Shown: positions 24,105 through 36,700 of the stretch, one piece after another
Layout: every line of letters starts with the position of its first letter
Numbering within the stretch: the stretch's first letter is position 1
NCBI RefSeq assembly: GCF_963921235.1
Contig: NC_086101.1
Coordinates: forward strand, 6,078,001-6,142,000
Direction: 5' to 3'
DNA from: Mobula hypostoma
Lineage: Eukaryota
Length of the DNA stretch: 64,000 bases
The notes under the pieces: model-generated
The model's input: only the letters and a program-made list of their open reading frames with translations
Told to the model about the DNA's origin: nothing
Database searches by the model: none
Made by a program: the position numbers and the translations under genes

Positions 24105-24391
24105 AGTCGAAGCAAGCAGCTGAGAAGAAGGGAGTGAAGAAATCGGGTGCAAAAAGTCTTTTTTTTTAAACACTGCTCAGGGAGAAGGGTCTGCACTGTG
24201 CAGGCGCGTGATGTAGCGCGCCAATGTTTAAAAAGAGAAATTTTCAACGGTTCTTGTTTCAGTCGAAGCAAGCAGCTGAGAAGATGGGAGTGAAGAAATC
24301 GGGTGCAAAAAGTCTTTTTTTAGACACTGCTCGGGGAGAAGGGTCTGCACTGCACAGGTGCATGACATAGCGCGCCAAGGTTTAAAAAGAG
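24105..24391 (+). repeat. 156-bp tandem monomer in CR1 5'UTR (about 1.8 copies)
   Basis: agtcgaagcaagcagctgagaag... starts at 24105 and again at 24261. Confidence 0.9.
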
Positions 24392-27300
24392 ACCACTATA
24401 TATAAAGGGCAATGTTGTGAGCAGGCAGAGGAGTGAGAGGGAGCAGAGTGGGACGGCTTTGGCTCAACAGGCTTCAGCGAGAACAGGCAGAGGCCAGGGT
24501 AGTTTCCGGTAAATTTTTTGTCCAGATTGTTTAGAGAGAATGCCAGGCAGAATGTTGGAATGCTCCTCTTGCAGGATGTGGGAAGTCAGGGAGCCCTCCG
24601 GTGTCCCTGACAACATCACCTGCAAGAAGTGCATCCAGCTGCAGATCCTAACAAACCGTGTTGGGGAACTGGAGCAGGAGCTGGATGACCTCCAGATCAT
24701 TCGGGAGAATGAGGAGATTATAGATGGTAGCTACAGGTAGGTAGTTACGCCAAAGGAACAGAGGACAGGAAATTGGATTACTGTCAGGCGAGGGAAGGGG
24801 AAAGGGCAGGCAGAACAGGGTTCCCCTGTGGCCATTCCCCTCAACAACAAGTGTACCGCATTGGATACTGTTGGGGGGGATGACTTACCTGGGACAAGCT
24901 GCAGTAGCTGGATCTCTGGCACTGAGTCTGGCTCTGCAGTGCAGAAGGGAGGGTGGAAAAAGAGGAGAGCGTTAGTGATAGGGGACTCGATAGCTAGAGG
25001 TGCAGATAGGAGGTTCTGTGGTCGTGACAGAGAATCCAGGATGGTTTGTTGCCTCCCGGGTGCCGGGGTCAAGGATGTCTCTGATCGATTGCATGACATT
25101 CTGAAGTGGGAGGGTGATCAGCCAGATGTCGTGGTGCACATCGGTACCAATGACCTAGCAAGGAAGATTGAGGAGGTCCTGGAGAGTGAGTATAGAGAGC
25201 TTGGTAGGAAGTTGAAAAGCAGGACCTCGAGGGTGGTAATCTCAGGATTGCTACCTGTGCTAGGTGCCAGTGAGGGTAGGAATAGGATGCTCTGGAGGAT
25301 GAACAAGTGGCTGAGGAACTGGTGTAGGGGGCAGGGTTTCAGATTTCAGGATCATTGGGACCTCTTCTGGGGCAGGTGGGACCTGTACAAGAGAGACGTG
25401 TTACACTTGAACTACAAGGGGACCAATATACTTTCAGGGAGGTTTGTTAGTGCTGTTGGGGAGGCTTTAAACTAGATTTGCAGGAGGATGGGAACCAGAG
25501 TGCCAGAGCTGACAGTGGGGCTGGGGTGTAAATAAATGATGTTAAAAGTTCAAGCAAAGCCGCAAATAGAAAGGTTGTGAGTGGTGGTAAAAATCTTCTG
25601 AGGTGTATATATGTCAATGCTAGGAGTATTGCGGGGAAGGCAGACGAGTTGAGGGCATGGATTGACACGTGGAATTATGACATTATAGCAATTAGTGAAA
25701 CTTGGCTACAGGAGGGGCAAGACTGTCAGTTTAATATTCCAGGGTTCCGATGTTTCAGATGTGATAGAGGCAGAGGAATGAAAGGTGGGGGGGCGGTTAG
25801 CATTGCTTGTCAGGGAAAATATTACAGCAGTGCTCAGGCAGGACAGAGTAGAGGGCTTGTCTACTGAGTCCATATGGGTGGAGCTGAGAAACATGAAAGG
25901 TATGGTCACATTAGTGGGGTTGTATTATAGACCACCCAGTAGTCAGCGAGAATTGGAGGAGCAAATCTGCAGAGAGATAGCAGGCAACTGCAGGAAACAT
26001 AAAGTTGTGGTGATAAGGGATTTTAATTTTCCACATATTGATTGGGACTCCCATACTGATAGGGGTTTAGATGGTTTAGAGTTTGTAAAATGTGTTCAGG
26101 AAAGTTTTCTAAATCAATATATAGAGGTACCAACTAGAGGGGATCCAATATTGGATCTCCTGTTAGAAAATGAGTTAGGACAAGTGATGGAAGTGTGTGT
26201 AGGGGAGCATAACACCATTAGTTTCAACTTGATCATGGACAAGGATAGATCTGGTCCTAGGGTTGAAGTTCTGAACTGGAAGAAGGCCAAATTTGAAGAA
26301 ATGAGTAAGGATCTAAAAAGCGTGGATTGGGACAGGTTGTTCTCTGGCAAGGATGTGATCGGTAAGTGGGAAGCCTTCAAAGGAGAAATTTTGAGAGTGC
26401 AGAGCTTGTATGTTCCTGTCAGGATTAAAGGCAAAGTGAATAGGACTAAGGAACCTTGGTTCTCAAGGGACATTGCAACTCTGATAAAGAAGAAGAGAGA
26501 GTTGTATGACATGTATAGGAAACAGGGAGTAAATAAGGTGCTTGAAAAGTATAAAAAGTGCAAGAAAATACTTAAGAAAGAAATCAGGAGGGCTAAAAGA
26601 AGACATGAAGTTGCCTTGGCATCAAAGTGAAGGATAATCCAAAGAGCTTTTACAGGTATATTAAGAGTAAAAGGATTGTTAAGGGATAAAATTGGTCCTC
26701 TTGAAGATCAGAGTGGTCAGCTATGTGCGGAACCAAAGGAAATGGGGGAGATCTTAAATAGTTTTTTTGCGTCTGTATTTACTAAGGAAACTGGCATGAA
26801 GTCTATGGAATGAAGGAAAACAAGTAGTGAGATCATGAAAACTGTACAGATTGAAAAGGAGGAGGTGCTTGCTATAATGAGGGAAATTAAAGTGGATAAA
26901 TCCCCATGACCTGACAGGGTACTCCCTCGGACCTTGAAGGAGACTAGTGTTGAAATTGCAGGGGCCCTGGCAGATATATTTAAAATATCAGTGTCTACGG
27001 GTGAGGTGCCGGAGGATTGGAGAATGGCTCATGTTGTTCCGTTGTTTAAAAAAGGATCAAAAAGTAATCTGGGAAATGATAGGCCGGTAAATTTGACGTC
27101 GGTAGTGGGTAAGTTATTGGAGGGAGTACTAAGACAGAATCTACAAGCATTTGGATAGACAGGGACTTATTTGGGAGAGTCAACATGGCTTTGTGCGTGG
27201 TAGATCATGTTTGACCAATCTATTGGAGTTTTTCGAGGAGGTTACCAGGAAAGTGGATGAAGGGAAGGCAGTGGATGTTGTCTACATGGACTTCAGTAAG

Positions 27301-28456
27301 GCCTTTGACAAGGTCCCACATGGGAGGTTAGTTAGGAAAATTCAGTCGTTAGGTATACATGGAGAGGTGGTAAATTGGATTAGACATTGGCTCAATGGAA
27401 GAAGCCAAAGAGTGGTAGTAAAGAATTGCTTCTCTGAGTGGAGGACTGTGACTAGTGGTGTGCCACAGGGATCAGTGCTGGGTCCATTGATATTTGTCAT
27501 CTATATCAATGATCTGGATGATAATGTGGATCAGCAAATTTGCTGATGATACAAAGATTGGAGGTGTAGTGGACAGTGAGGAAGGTTTTCAAAGCTTGCA
27601 GAGGGACTTGGACCAGCTGGAAAAATGGGCTGAAAAATGGCAGATGGAGTTTAATACAGACAAGAGTGAGGTATTGCACTTTGGAAGGACAAACCAAGGT
27701 AGAACATATAGGTAAGGAACTGAGGAGTGCAGTAGAACAGAGGGATCTGGGAATACAGATACAAAATTCCCTAAAAGTGGCGTCACAGGTAGATAGGGTT
27801 GTAAAGAGAGCTTTTGGTACATTGGCCTTTATTAATCAAAGTATTGAATATAAGAGCTGGAATGTTATGATGAGGTTGTATAAGGCATTGGTGAGGCCGA
27901 ATCTGGAGTATTGTGTTCAGTTTTGGTCACCAAATTACAGGAAGGATATAAACAAGGTTGAAAGAGTGCAGAGAAGGTTTACAAGGATGTTGCCGGGACT
28001 TGAGAAACTGAGTTACAGAGAAAGGTTGAATAGGACTTTATTCCCTGGAGCTTAGAAGAATAAGGGGAGATTTGATAGAGGTATATAAAATTATGATGGA
28101 TATAGATAGAGTGAATGCAAGCAGGCTTTTTCCACTGCAGGCTTTTTCCACTGAGGCAAAGGGAGAAAAAAACCAGAGGACATGGGTTAAGGGTGAGGGG
28201 GGAAAAGTTTAAAGGGAACATTAGGTGGGGCTTCTTCACACAGAGAGTGGTGGGAGTGTGGAATGAGCTGCTAGACGAGGTGGTAAATGCGGGTTCTTTT
28301 TTAACATTTAAGAATAAATTAGACAGATACATGGATGGGAGGTGCATGGAGGGATATGGTCTGTGTGCAGGTCAGTGGGCTAGGCAGAAAATTGTTCGGC
28401 ACAGCTAAGAAGGGCCAAAAGGCCTGTTTCTGTGCTGTAGTTTTTCTATGGTTTCT
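24105..28456 (+). mobile_element. Near full-length CR1 LINE (5'UTR, ORF1 zinc-finger/esterase, ORF2 APE-RT), inactivated
   Basis: TSD aagtc 24100-24104/28457-28461; ORF1 24540-25475 (CxxC..CxxC, GDS, GTND) with one in-frame TAG; ORF2 about 25577-28383 frameshifted; ttctatgg tail. Confidence 0.93.
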
Positions 28457-29389
28457 AAGTCGCGCGTCTTATTGAAAACCATCTGGAAGAACTGCGGGAC
28501 AAAATTGAACAGTAGTTTCCTCCCTTTTAACACAAGTGTATGACTGGTGAGGGATTCGTTCTGAGTCTTCTGCTCAGCCTGAGAACTTTGAGAGAAGAGC
28601 AAGAAGTTGTGAGATGCAGTCTGATCATGCACTCAAGATGAGATTTACTGACCTGCCCTTGGACAAGTTCTGGATTTCTGTGAAAGAAGAGCATCCTGCC
28701 ATTCATAGGAAAGCAATGAATATTTTGCTACAGTTTTACACGTGTGAGTAAACTTTTTCTTGTTTGACAAGCATCAAGAGCAAGGATAGAGCGTCTCATT
28801 TCAGTTGAAGGTGAAATCCGTGTGCTTATCGCAAGTTTGACGCTCAATTGTGTATTTGTGCAGGGAAAAAACAAGCACAGGTTTAACATGCAGGGCCTAT
28901 ATTTGAGTCTGTTTGAGCCATGTAGAAAATGTTTTTTTTTCAGTCTTGTATAAAATAGACTTAGGCTATATTTTCATTCATATTGTAAATAGCAATAATT
29001 AAAATCAATTTACAACCTTTATTTAAATTTAATCTAAAAAGCCTACCTTTAGAAAAATTAAATCCCATTTGGCTTAAGCCAGTTATTTAACAGAAATTTA
29101 TTATGTTTACCTTAGGAGTTTTTAAAATTTATGCAAGGGAAAGAAAGAGGTTAATTTTAAGAAAGGTAAGCTAAGCTTAACTACCATTTTCAAGAAAGTT
29201 TGGTTAAAATTCATTCTCTACTCAAAAGAGCATTGACAATTATTTTGGGATTATTATATCTACAATTTACTGATCACGCTAACATACCGTGAGCTGTAGA
29301 TATAACATTGTTTACGCAGGGGTTCCCTGAGACCTGAAAATTATTTAAAGGGTTCCTCCAGGGCAAAAGGTTTGAGAAAGACAGACTTA

Positions 29390-29860
29390 CCGCAGCCTGC
29401 AACATCAAACTCTAAACTTCCGGTATTCACTCCCCCACCCCCTCTGTCAATTTTCCTCTTAATTCTCTTTTTCTTCCTGATTCATCAGCCCCCATCACCC
29501 CATTTCTTTCCCCTCATCCTCATTCTCACCATCTGCCCATCACCGACACACTCCTCCCCACCTCCCTTCCTTTATTCCGGGCTCCACTTTCCTCTCTGAC
29601 CAGATTCCATCACCTTTGTCACTGCCACCTCTCATCTCCCGGCTTCTGACACATTTCCACACTCCACCCCTCCCTCATCTGTCTATCGCCCCCCTCACGT
29701 GCCAGCTGTTACCCCACCCTTCTCTGCACCAATCTACACCAGTCATCTCCACTCTTACATTCAGTCCAGTTGAAGGGCATCAAGCCAAAACGTCCAATTA
29801 CTGTATCCATTTCCTTCTAAAGATGCTGCCTGACCTGTCGAGATTCCCCAGCACTTCACT
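29390..29860 (+). mobile_element. Old Penelope-like 3' fragment
   Basis: Pyrimidine tract followed by degenerate hammerhead-like tcagtccagttgaaggg...aaaacgtc and agatgctgcctgacctg. Confidence 0.55.
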
Positions 29861-30100
29861 GCTTACCGCCACCACGTGTCCCACCTCCCCATGATTCACC
29901 CTGACCTCCCTCTCCCAGTCAGCACCGCCACCACTTGTCCCACTTCACCTGTCTCGGTGCGAGCGGACTTTAGCACCCGGGGGAGCCGGGGAGCTCAGGA
30001 CCCGCCGCCCGCGGCTGCTGCTGAATCCGCGGTGTTTCTGTCCCGTTGACGGATGCGGTGAATGAGTGAAAATTAATAGATTGATAATTCTCATATCATA

Positions 30101-30106
30101 TTTATT
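30101..30106 (-). promoter_or_regulatory. Putative polyadenylation signal of TRIM-B
   Basis: AATAAA on minus strand about 65 nt after the stop codon at 30172. Confidence 0.65.
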
Positions 30107-30171
30107 GCACTCTCTGTAAATTTATATTTACACTGACTTACTCCTGACGCTGGTCCCGGGACCCGACAAGT

Positions 30172-30704
30172 TTACAGACCCGGAGTGGAATCGGAGCAGA
30201 TTCTCAGCCACTGGTTTTTATGCCAAGTCCAGAAGAAAGGATAAAGCTTCTCCGTGAATTTATTCCCAGTGAAGGTGTGGAGATGGGACTTGGTCTCCAC
30301 GTTGTAAAATGAAACTGTCCCGGACTCATAACTGAGATAAACTCCAACCCTCCAGGGGATGGGACCGGCAGGGAGACGGAATTCAGGGGAGGTGAGAATC
30401 TTTATCATGTGATCAATCCACTTGATAGTCCAGAATCCGGTCCCCGGACTAAGTCTGAACCTTCCCTTCCTCTCCACAGACTCTGCAGCGACTCCCAGAC
30501 TCCAGCACCGATTCCCCGACACATCCACCTCCCAGTAATATCTCCCTGATGTGACTCCCTCCGATCCCAGCACACATTCCCAGTATGTGAACCTTCTCCT
30601 GTTGTCAGGGAGATTCTTCCGGGTCTCGGTCAATCTCACACTCTTCCAATCCTCAGACACCTCGAGCTGCGGATGCGCCGTTTCCATATTCAGGGTGATA
30701 GAGA
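30172..30704 (-). CDS. TRIM-B terminal exon: PRY/SPRY (B30.2) domain
   Basis: Polypyrimidine tract + CAG|TC; (V)SITLNMETAHPQLEVSED..., CVLGSEG.TSGRYYWEVDV, RVGVYLSYESGTVSFYN, LYPFF; intact to TAA. Confidence 0.95.
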
Positions 30705-33700
30705 CTGGGGGGGAGAAGCAGAGAATTAGAGAGTCAGGGGGAGACTCGGGCAGCTCAGCCCCAGGACCGGGCGAGAGGCCGCTGGGCCTCGGGCACCTCA
30801 GACAGGAACTGTTACCTGAGTTGACCCAACTACAGCAAATGGACAACTAGTCTCTTACGGAGGTTTTTGCTCCGGGATAGAGAGTGGAGTTTTTCCAATC
30901 AACATATACAAAATGCTGGCAGAACCGAGCGGGTCAAGCAGCTTGTGTGGAGTGAGATGGACAGTCCACGTTTCAGGTCGAGATCTTTCCTCAAGAATGT
31001 TAAGAAATAGAGGAGATAGCCAGTAAAATGGGTGTGGTGAAGGGGTGGAACAGCAACTGGATTCAGATGGGTAGGGCGTGAGTAAATAATGGAGGGATCT
31101 AAACAGGAGGACGGAGATGCTCTTTAACCCAACTTGTTTGTGCTGACTGACTTCCTTTAAGGAGCTCATCCAATTTGCCCATTATTCCTTTAAAACTTTC
31201 TTATCCAGGTACCTGCCAAGATGTCTTTCAAAACATTGTAGCTGTACCCACCTCTGAAGCTTCCTCTCGCAGCCTCCCGAGCCTCCGGAAGAAAGTCCCA
31301 GTCTATCCCACCTCTTCTTATAACCCAATCTCTCCAGCCCCGGTGACATCCTTGTAAATCTGTTTTGCACCCTCTCCAGTTGAATGACATCCCTCCTATA
31401 GCAAGGTGACCAGAACTGTACACACTGCCCCAAATGTGGCCGGACCAACGTCCTGCACACACGGAACAGGAAGTCCCAGTTCCTGTACTCAATATTCTGA
31501 CCGATGAAGACAAGCACTCCCCCGTCTCTCTCTCTCTGTTCTGCAACACTCTCCACAGCCCCATCAATTGCTATTTCGTTCTAACCTGGTTTGTCTTCAT
31601 AGAACACAACACTCCGCGTTACTCTGAATTAAACTCCACCTGCCATCCCTTTGCCCATTGTAAGGTTAGATAACCTTCTTCACTGTCCACTGTACCACGA
31701 ATTTTAGTGTCGTCCACAACCCTATTGTGTCACCAACATTCTCATCGAAATCATTAATGTGAATGACAAACAACAGTGAACCCAGCAGCGATACCTGCAG
31801 GTCACAGGCCTCTAGTCCACTGTGTTTAAGAGACACTCAGATTGACACTTCAATCGGCAAGGCACAGAAGGAGACTGACCTGATGCTGGCCAGTGGGATG
31901 AGTGTGGATGGGTAAGTAGGTCAGCACAGAGGTGATGGAGCAAAGGCTGCATTTCTGTGCTGTACAACGATGACTCTGACTTTAAATGACTGAGACCCCA
32001 CATCCCTCCGGTGCAGAGTATCCCAGATACACCATCCTCTGAGGGTCCACCCCATCCTCAGACAGTGACCCCTGACCCTTGACTCCCCAGATAGGGGAAA
32101 CATCCTCCCTGCATCCTGCCTGTTGATCCCTGAATGAATTTTGTGTTTCCCTGAGATCTCCTCTCAATCTTCTGAATGGAGGACAGAGAGCATAAACAGC
32201 ACAGCACAGGGACTGGCCCTTCGCTCAATGTGACAGTGACTGATCGATTCCGGCATCGATCCCTCTTCTGTACCAGTCGGCAACACCTCGAGTCATCGCA
32301 ATTTCAAAATGATCTCTAGCTCCACCTTAAACATATCCAATAATCAGGCCTCACACAGTCTGCTGGAGGAACTCAGTGGGTTGGGCAGCATCTGTGGGAG
32401 GAAGGGGACTGTCAACATTTCAGATTGAAACCCTACATCAGGACTGAGAATGGGGAGGGGAGACGCTGGTTTACAGAGGAGAGGGGGAGTGAAGAGACAG
32501 GAGCCTGAGGTGACTGTGGAGTGGGGTGGGGTGAAAGGTGGCGGGCAGTTTGCCCTGAGTAGGGGCAGGGTATGGGTGTGGGCTGGAGTTGGAAGACACT
32601 GGGAGGTGAACGATCGATGGAGAAAGAGTGAGAGGAGGATGGAGTGAAGTGGTGGGGGAAGGTGGGGGCGGGGAGAGATGGTTGGAGACAGCTGTTGAAT
32701 GGTGAAAAACAGGAACAGGAACACAAATGGATACCTGTGCTGGAATCTGCTAAGCAAAGGGGCTGATAATGGGAACCACTAGGGGAGAGATGAATGGCGG
32801 ATGGAACCACATCCAGGTTGGGAAGAGGTGAAAAGCCTTTGGAGGATCTGTGTGCGTAGATTGAATGGAGAGCCGGCAAAAATGGATGATGAGGGTCCCT
32901 TTGTCCTCTTTCCCACCCCCTACAGCCCCTAATTACAACAGGGGATGAAATTACAGGAACCCTGGCTTCCCATTTAGCCACAGGTGATGTCCCAGATGAC
33001 TGGAAAGTGGCTGATGTTGTGCATTTTGTTAATAGGCTGGAAGAACATCCCAGGACACTGAGCCTAACATCAGTGGTTGGGAACTTTCTGAGAGACAGGA
33101 TCGAGTTGCATTTGGAAAGACAAGGACTGATCAGGGACAGTCAGCACGGCATTGTGCATGGAAAATCACGTCTCAGAAATTCCAGTTTGTTGAAGAGGTG
33201 ACAGAGAGGATTGACCAGGATAGGGTGGGAGACATTGTCCACATGAACTGCACCAAGTCCTTTGATGTTGAAGGTAGACCACACTCGGAATACTGTGTGC
33301 GTTCCTGGTTCCTGGACTATGGGACGGATGTCATTACACTGCACAGGAAGCTTCAGGAAGATGTTACCAGGACTGGAGGGCTTGGCTTAAAATGAGAGAC
33401 TGGATAAGCTGGGGTTATATCCCTGGAGTGTAGGATGTTGAGGGATGACCCCTTATGGAGGTATATAAAATCATGAGGGGCATAGGTAAGGTGTCTTTTC
33501 CCCAGAACAGGATGTCCAAAACCAGGGTGTAGATTTATGGTGAGAGGGGAATGATTTGTAAGGGATCTTTGTCCCCCTTCCCACAAACCCACTCCCCACA
33601 CTGGTCCTCATGAGCCACACCTTCCACTCTCTGTCCAGATGCAGGGTTTCAACTCATTAAGGAGCAGTTCATTGAGACATAGAGGGGAATAGGTCCTTCC

Positions 33701-36700
33701 AGCCCTTCAAGCCGCACTGCCCAGCAATCCCCCAATTCAATCCTGGCCTAACCATGGGACAGTTTACAATGACCTACCAAATGGAACATCTTTGGACTGT
33801 GGGAGGAAAGTGGAGCACACAGAGGAATCCCACGTGATCACAGGGAGAATGTACAAACTCCTTGCAGGCAGCAGCGGGAATCGAACCCAGGTCACCTGCA
33901 CCATAAGGCAGCGTGCGAACCAGTACACTACTGTGCTGCCCCATCCAGAGACACAGGAGATGGGAGAGGTTTTAAATGTATTTCCCAAAGACATAGGTAT
34001 GGAAAATAATGCATTATAAATTACAAATACTTAATTCTTGGTACATCTCCATATTACAGAAGAGGTGTGCAGGTTGGATTCACAATTGGCTTGTCCATAG
34101 ATGACACAGGGTTGTGGTGGAGGGGTGTTATTCTGCCTGGAGGTCTGTAACCAGCGGTGATCCACAGAGACTTCTGCTGTTGCCTGATATAGGCGGGCTG
34201 ATCAGTAAGCTTGCAGGTGACACAATTTTTGCGGATTTGTAGATAGTAAGGACCAGGATGCAGCAGGACATTGATCAGTTCGAGATATTGGTGGAGAAAT
34301 GGCAGATGGAGTTTCTCCTGTACAAGTGAGAGAGGATGTATTTTGGAAGGTTAAATGTCAGAGGAAAGGACACAGTAAATGGCAGGACTCTCAGAGCTTT
34401 GATGTACAGAGGGATCATGGGTTACAAGTCAATAGCTCCTTCTAGTGGCAAAATATTGAATATTGTGGTGGCTGGCATGTTTGCCTTCATTGGTCAGGGC
34501 ACTGGATAAAAATTCTAAACCTGCCCTTTTGCCGCTGTATGGAACTTTGGTGCGGTCAGATTTGGAGTGTTGTGGAGACACAAGGGCTACAGATGCCAAA
34601 CTCTGATGCAGGGTCTCAACCTGAAATGTCACTGTTGTTTGCTGAAAACAGCATTTCAGGCAGATGGGTTAGTGAGGAAGGTGTTTGTACACTTGCTTCA
34701 TCAGACAGGACAGTGAGTATACGAGTTGGGAAGCAATGTTGCTGTTATATAGGAAATCAGCAACGCCGCAATTTCAGTTACTGTGCACAGTTTTGGTCAC
34801 CCTGATAAGAAACGTTATTAAACCAGAAAGAGGACAGAAAAGATTTATCATGATGTTACCAGGACTCTGGGGCCTGAGTTACGTGGAGTGGTTGAGCAGA
34901 CAAGGATTTTATTCACTACAACAGGAGACTGAGGGGTGACCTGATCAAGGTATATAAGATCATGAGGGCCATAGGAAGGTTGAAGACCATTAGACCAGAA
35001 TATACATGAGCAGAATTAGATCATTTGGCCCATCCAGTCTGTTCCACCATTCCACACTGGCTGATTTATTATCCATCTCAGTGGTATTTCTCCCCGTAAC
35101 CCTCGTCACCCTGACTAATAATCCAGAGCCTAACAACTTCCACTTTAAATATGCTCAGTATCTTGGTCTCCACAACTGTCTGTGGCAATGAATTCCATAT
35201 ATTCACCACCTTTGTGCAAAATAAATCCCTCATCTTTAGGGATGTCTCTATATTCTGAGGCTGTGGCCTCTCATTCTAGGCACTCCCACCATAAGAAACA
35301 TCCTCCCCACATCAACTCCACCTAGCCTTTAAATATTCGAAATGTGTCAAAGAAATCCCAGTTCATTCTTCAATACTAGAAGACCATGGCTAGTCTTGGC
35401 AAATTTTTCAGCAGAAGTAGTTTTCAATTGCCTTCTTCTGGGCAATGTTTTTATAAGACGGGAGATCCCAGCCATTATCATCACTCTTCAGAATGGTCAC
35501 ATAACCAGGACTTGTGACAGATAAGTAGATAGATACTTTATTGATCCCAAAGGAAATTACAGTGTCACAGTAGCATTACAAGTGAGAAGGGAAGTAAGAA
35601 AGATGAAAAATAAGCTACTTTAAAAATGAGATGTACAAGATTTACGGATCAAGGGTTACAAGATATAAAAGATTTCCAAGTTCACACTGATAGGAGGGTA
35701 GTCCAAGAATTACCATAATATGATTCCGTAATGGGCACATATTCCCACCGTCCAGATAAGAAGTGATGGTAGTGTTGCACAGTACTGCACAGGGTGTCTA
35801 CGATAGCAGGGTGTGGTAAACAGAGCTAAACTGACCTTAAACAGAGGCTAATAACAGTCTAACAGGAGAGGGTCATCATTTCCCTGGCTATAGGTTAACT
35901 CATCATAGATCCTAATGGCCAAGGGTAAGAATGACCCGCTCTTTGGAGCAGCCCAGTTGTATTAGTCTATTACTGAAAGTGCTCCTTTGTTCATCCAAGG
36001 TGGCATTCAGAGGGGAGAAACATCATCCAGAATTTCCAGGAATTTCTGGAGGGTCCTTTGTTCTACCACAGCCTCCAGTGTGTTCAGTTTGACTCTGATA
36101 GTAGAGCCAGCCTTTCTAATCAGTTAATTGAACCTGATGGCATCACCATGTTGCCATTGTCCCAGCACACCAGCACATAGAAGATTGCACTGGCGACAAC
36201 AGACTGATATAACATGTGAAGGAAGGACCTCAGTCTCCTCAGGAAGTAAAGGCAACTCTGGCCCTCCTTGTACACAGTCTCTCTGTTTGTTCTCTACTCA
36301 AGTCTGTCATCCAGGTGAACCCCCAGGTACTTGTAGGTCCTCACCGCATCCACGTCCGCACCATTAATAATAACAGGGAGCAGTGCAGGCTTGAACTTCC
36401 TAAAGTCCATCACCATCTCCTTTGTCTTACTAGTGTTGAGCTGCAGATGATTCAATTTGCACCATTTGGCAAAGTCCTCCACCAAAACCCCATATTCATT
36501 CTTTATACAACCAACTATTGCTGAGTCATGAGAGAATTTCTGCAATTAACATAACTCATTGTTGTAATTTCTCAATCTAAAGTCCGCCGTATACAGGGTA
36601 AACAGGAAGGGACCCAATACAGTCTCCCGTGGGGCCTCAGTGCTGCTTATAGCCATGTCTAACACACAGCTCTGAAGCTGCACAAATTGGCCTGGCAGTA

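Larger units (their letters stand above)
23255..29385 (+). mobile_element. hAT (Charlie/ZBED5-like) transposon remnant split by a CR1 insertion
   Basis: FSIHVDKST, VGICTDGAPSM, HCFLHR, LLLYTETQWL in 23255-24104; continues LIENHLEEL..., FWIS..E.HPAI from 28457; TIR-like end about 29371-29384; many stops. Confidence 0.8.

Noticed and set aside
28117..28153. 16-bp tandem duplication gcaggctttttccact
   Set aside because: Local slippage within a dead CR1; no functional implication
30705..30846. N-terminal extension of the PRY/SPRY ORF (single-exon gene)
   Set aside because: Lies upstream of a clear polypyrimidine/CAG acceptor whose phase matches exon 5, so it is intronic
33860..33942. tRNA gene
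   Set aside because: B box is followed by the V-SINE core and a LINE-like tail; no cloverleaf
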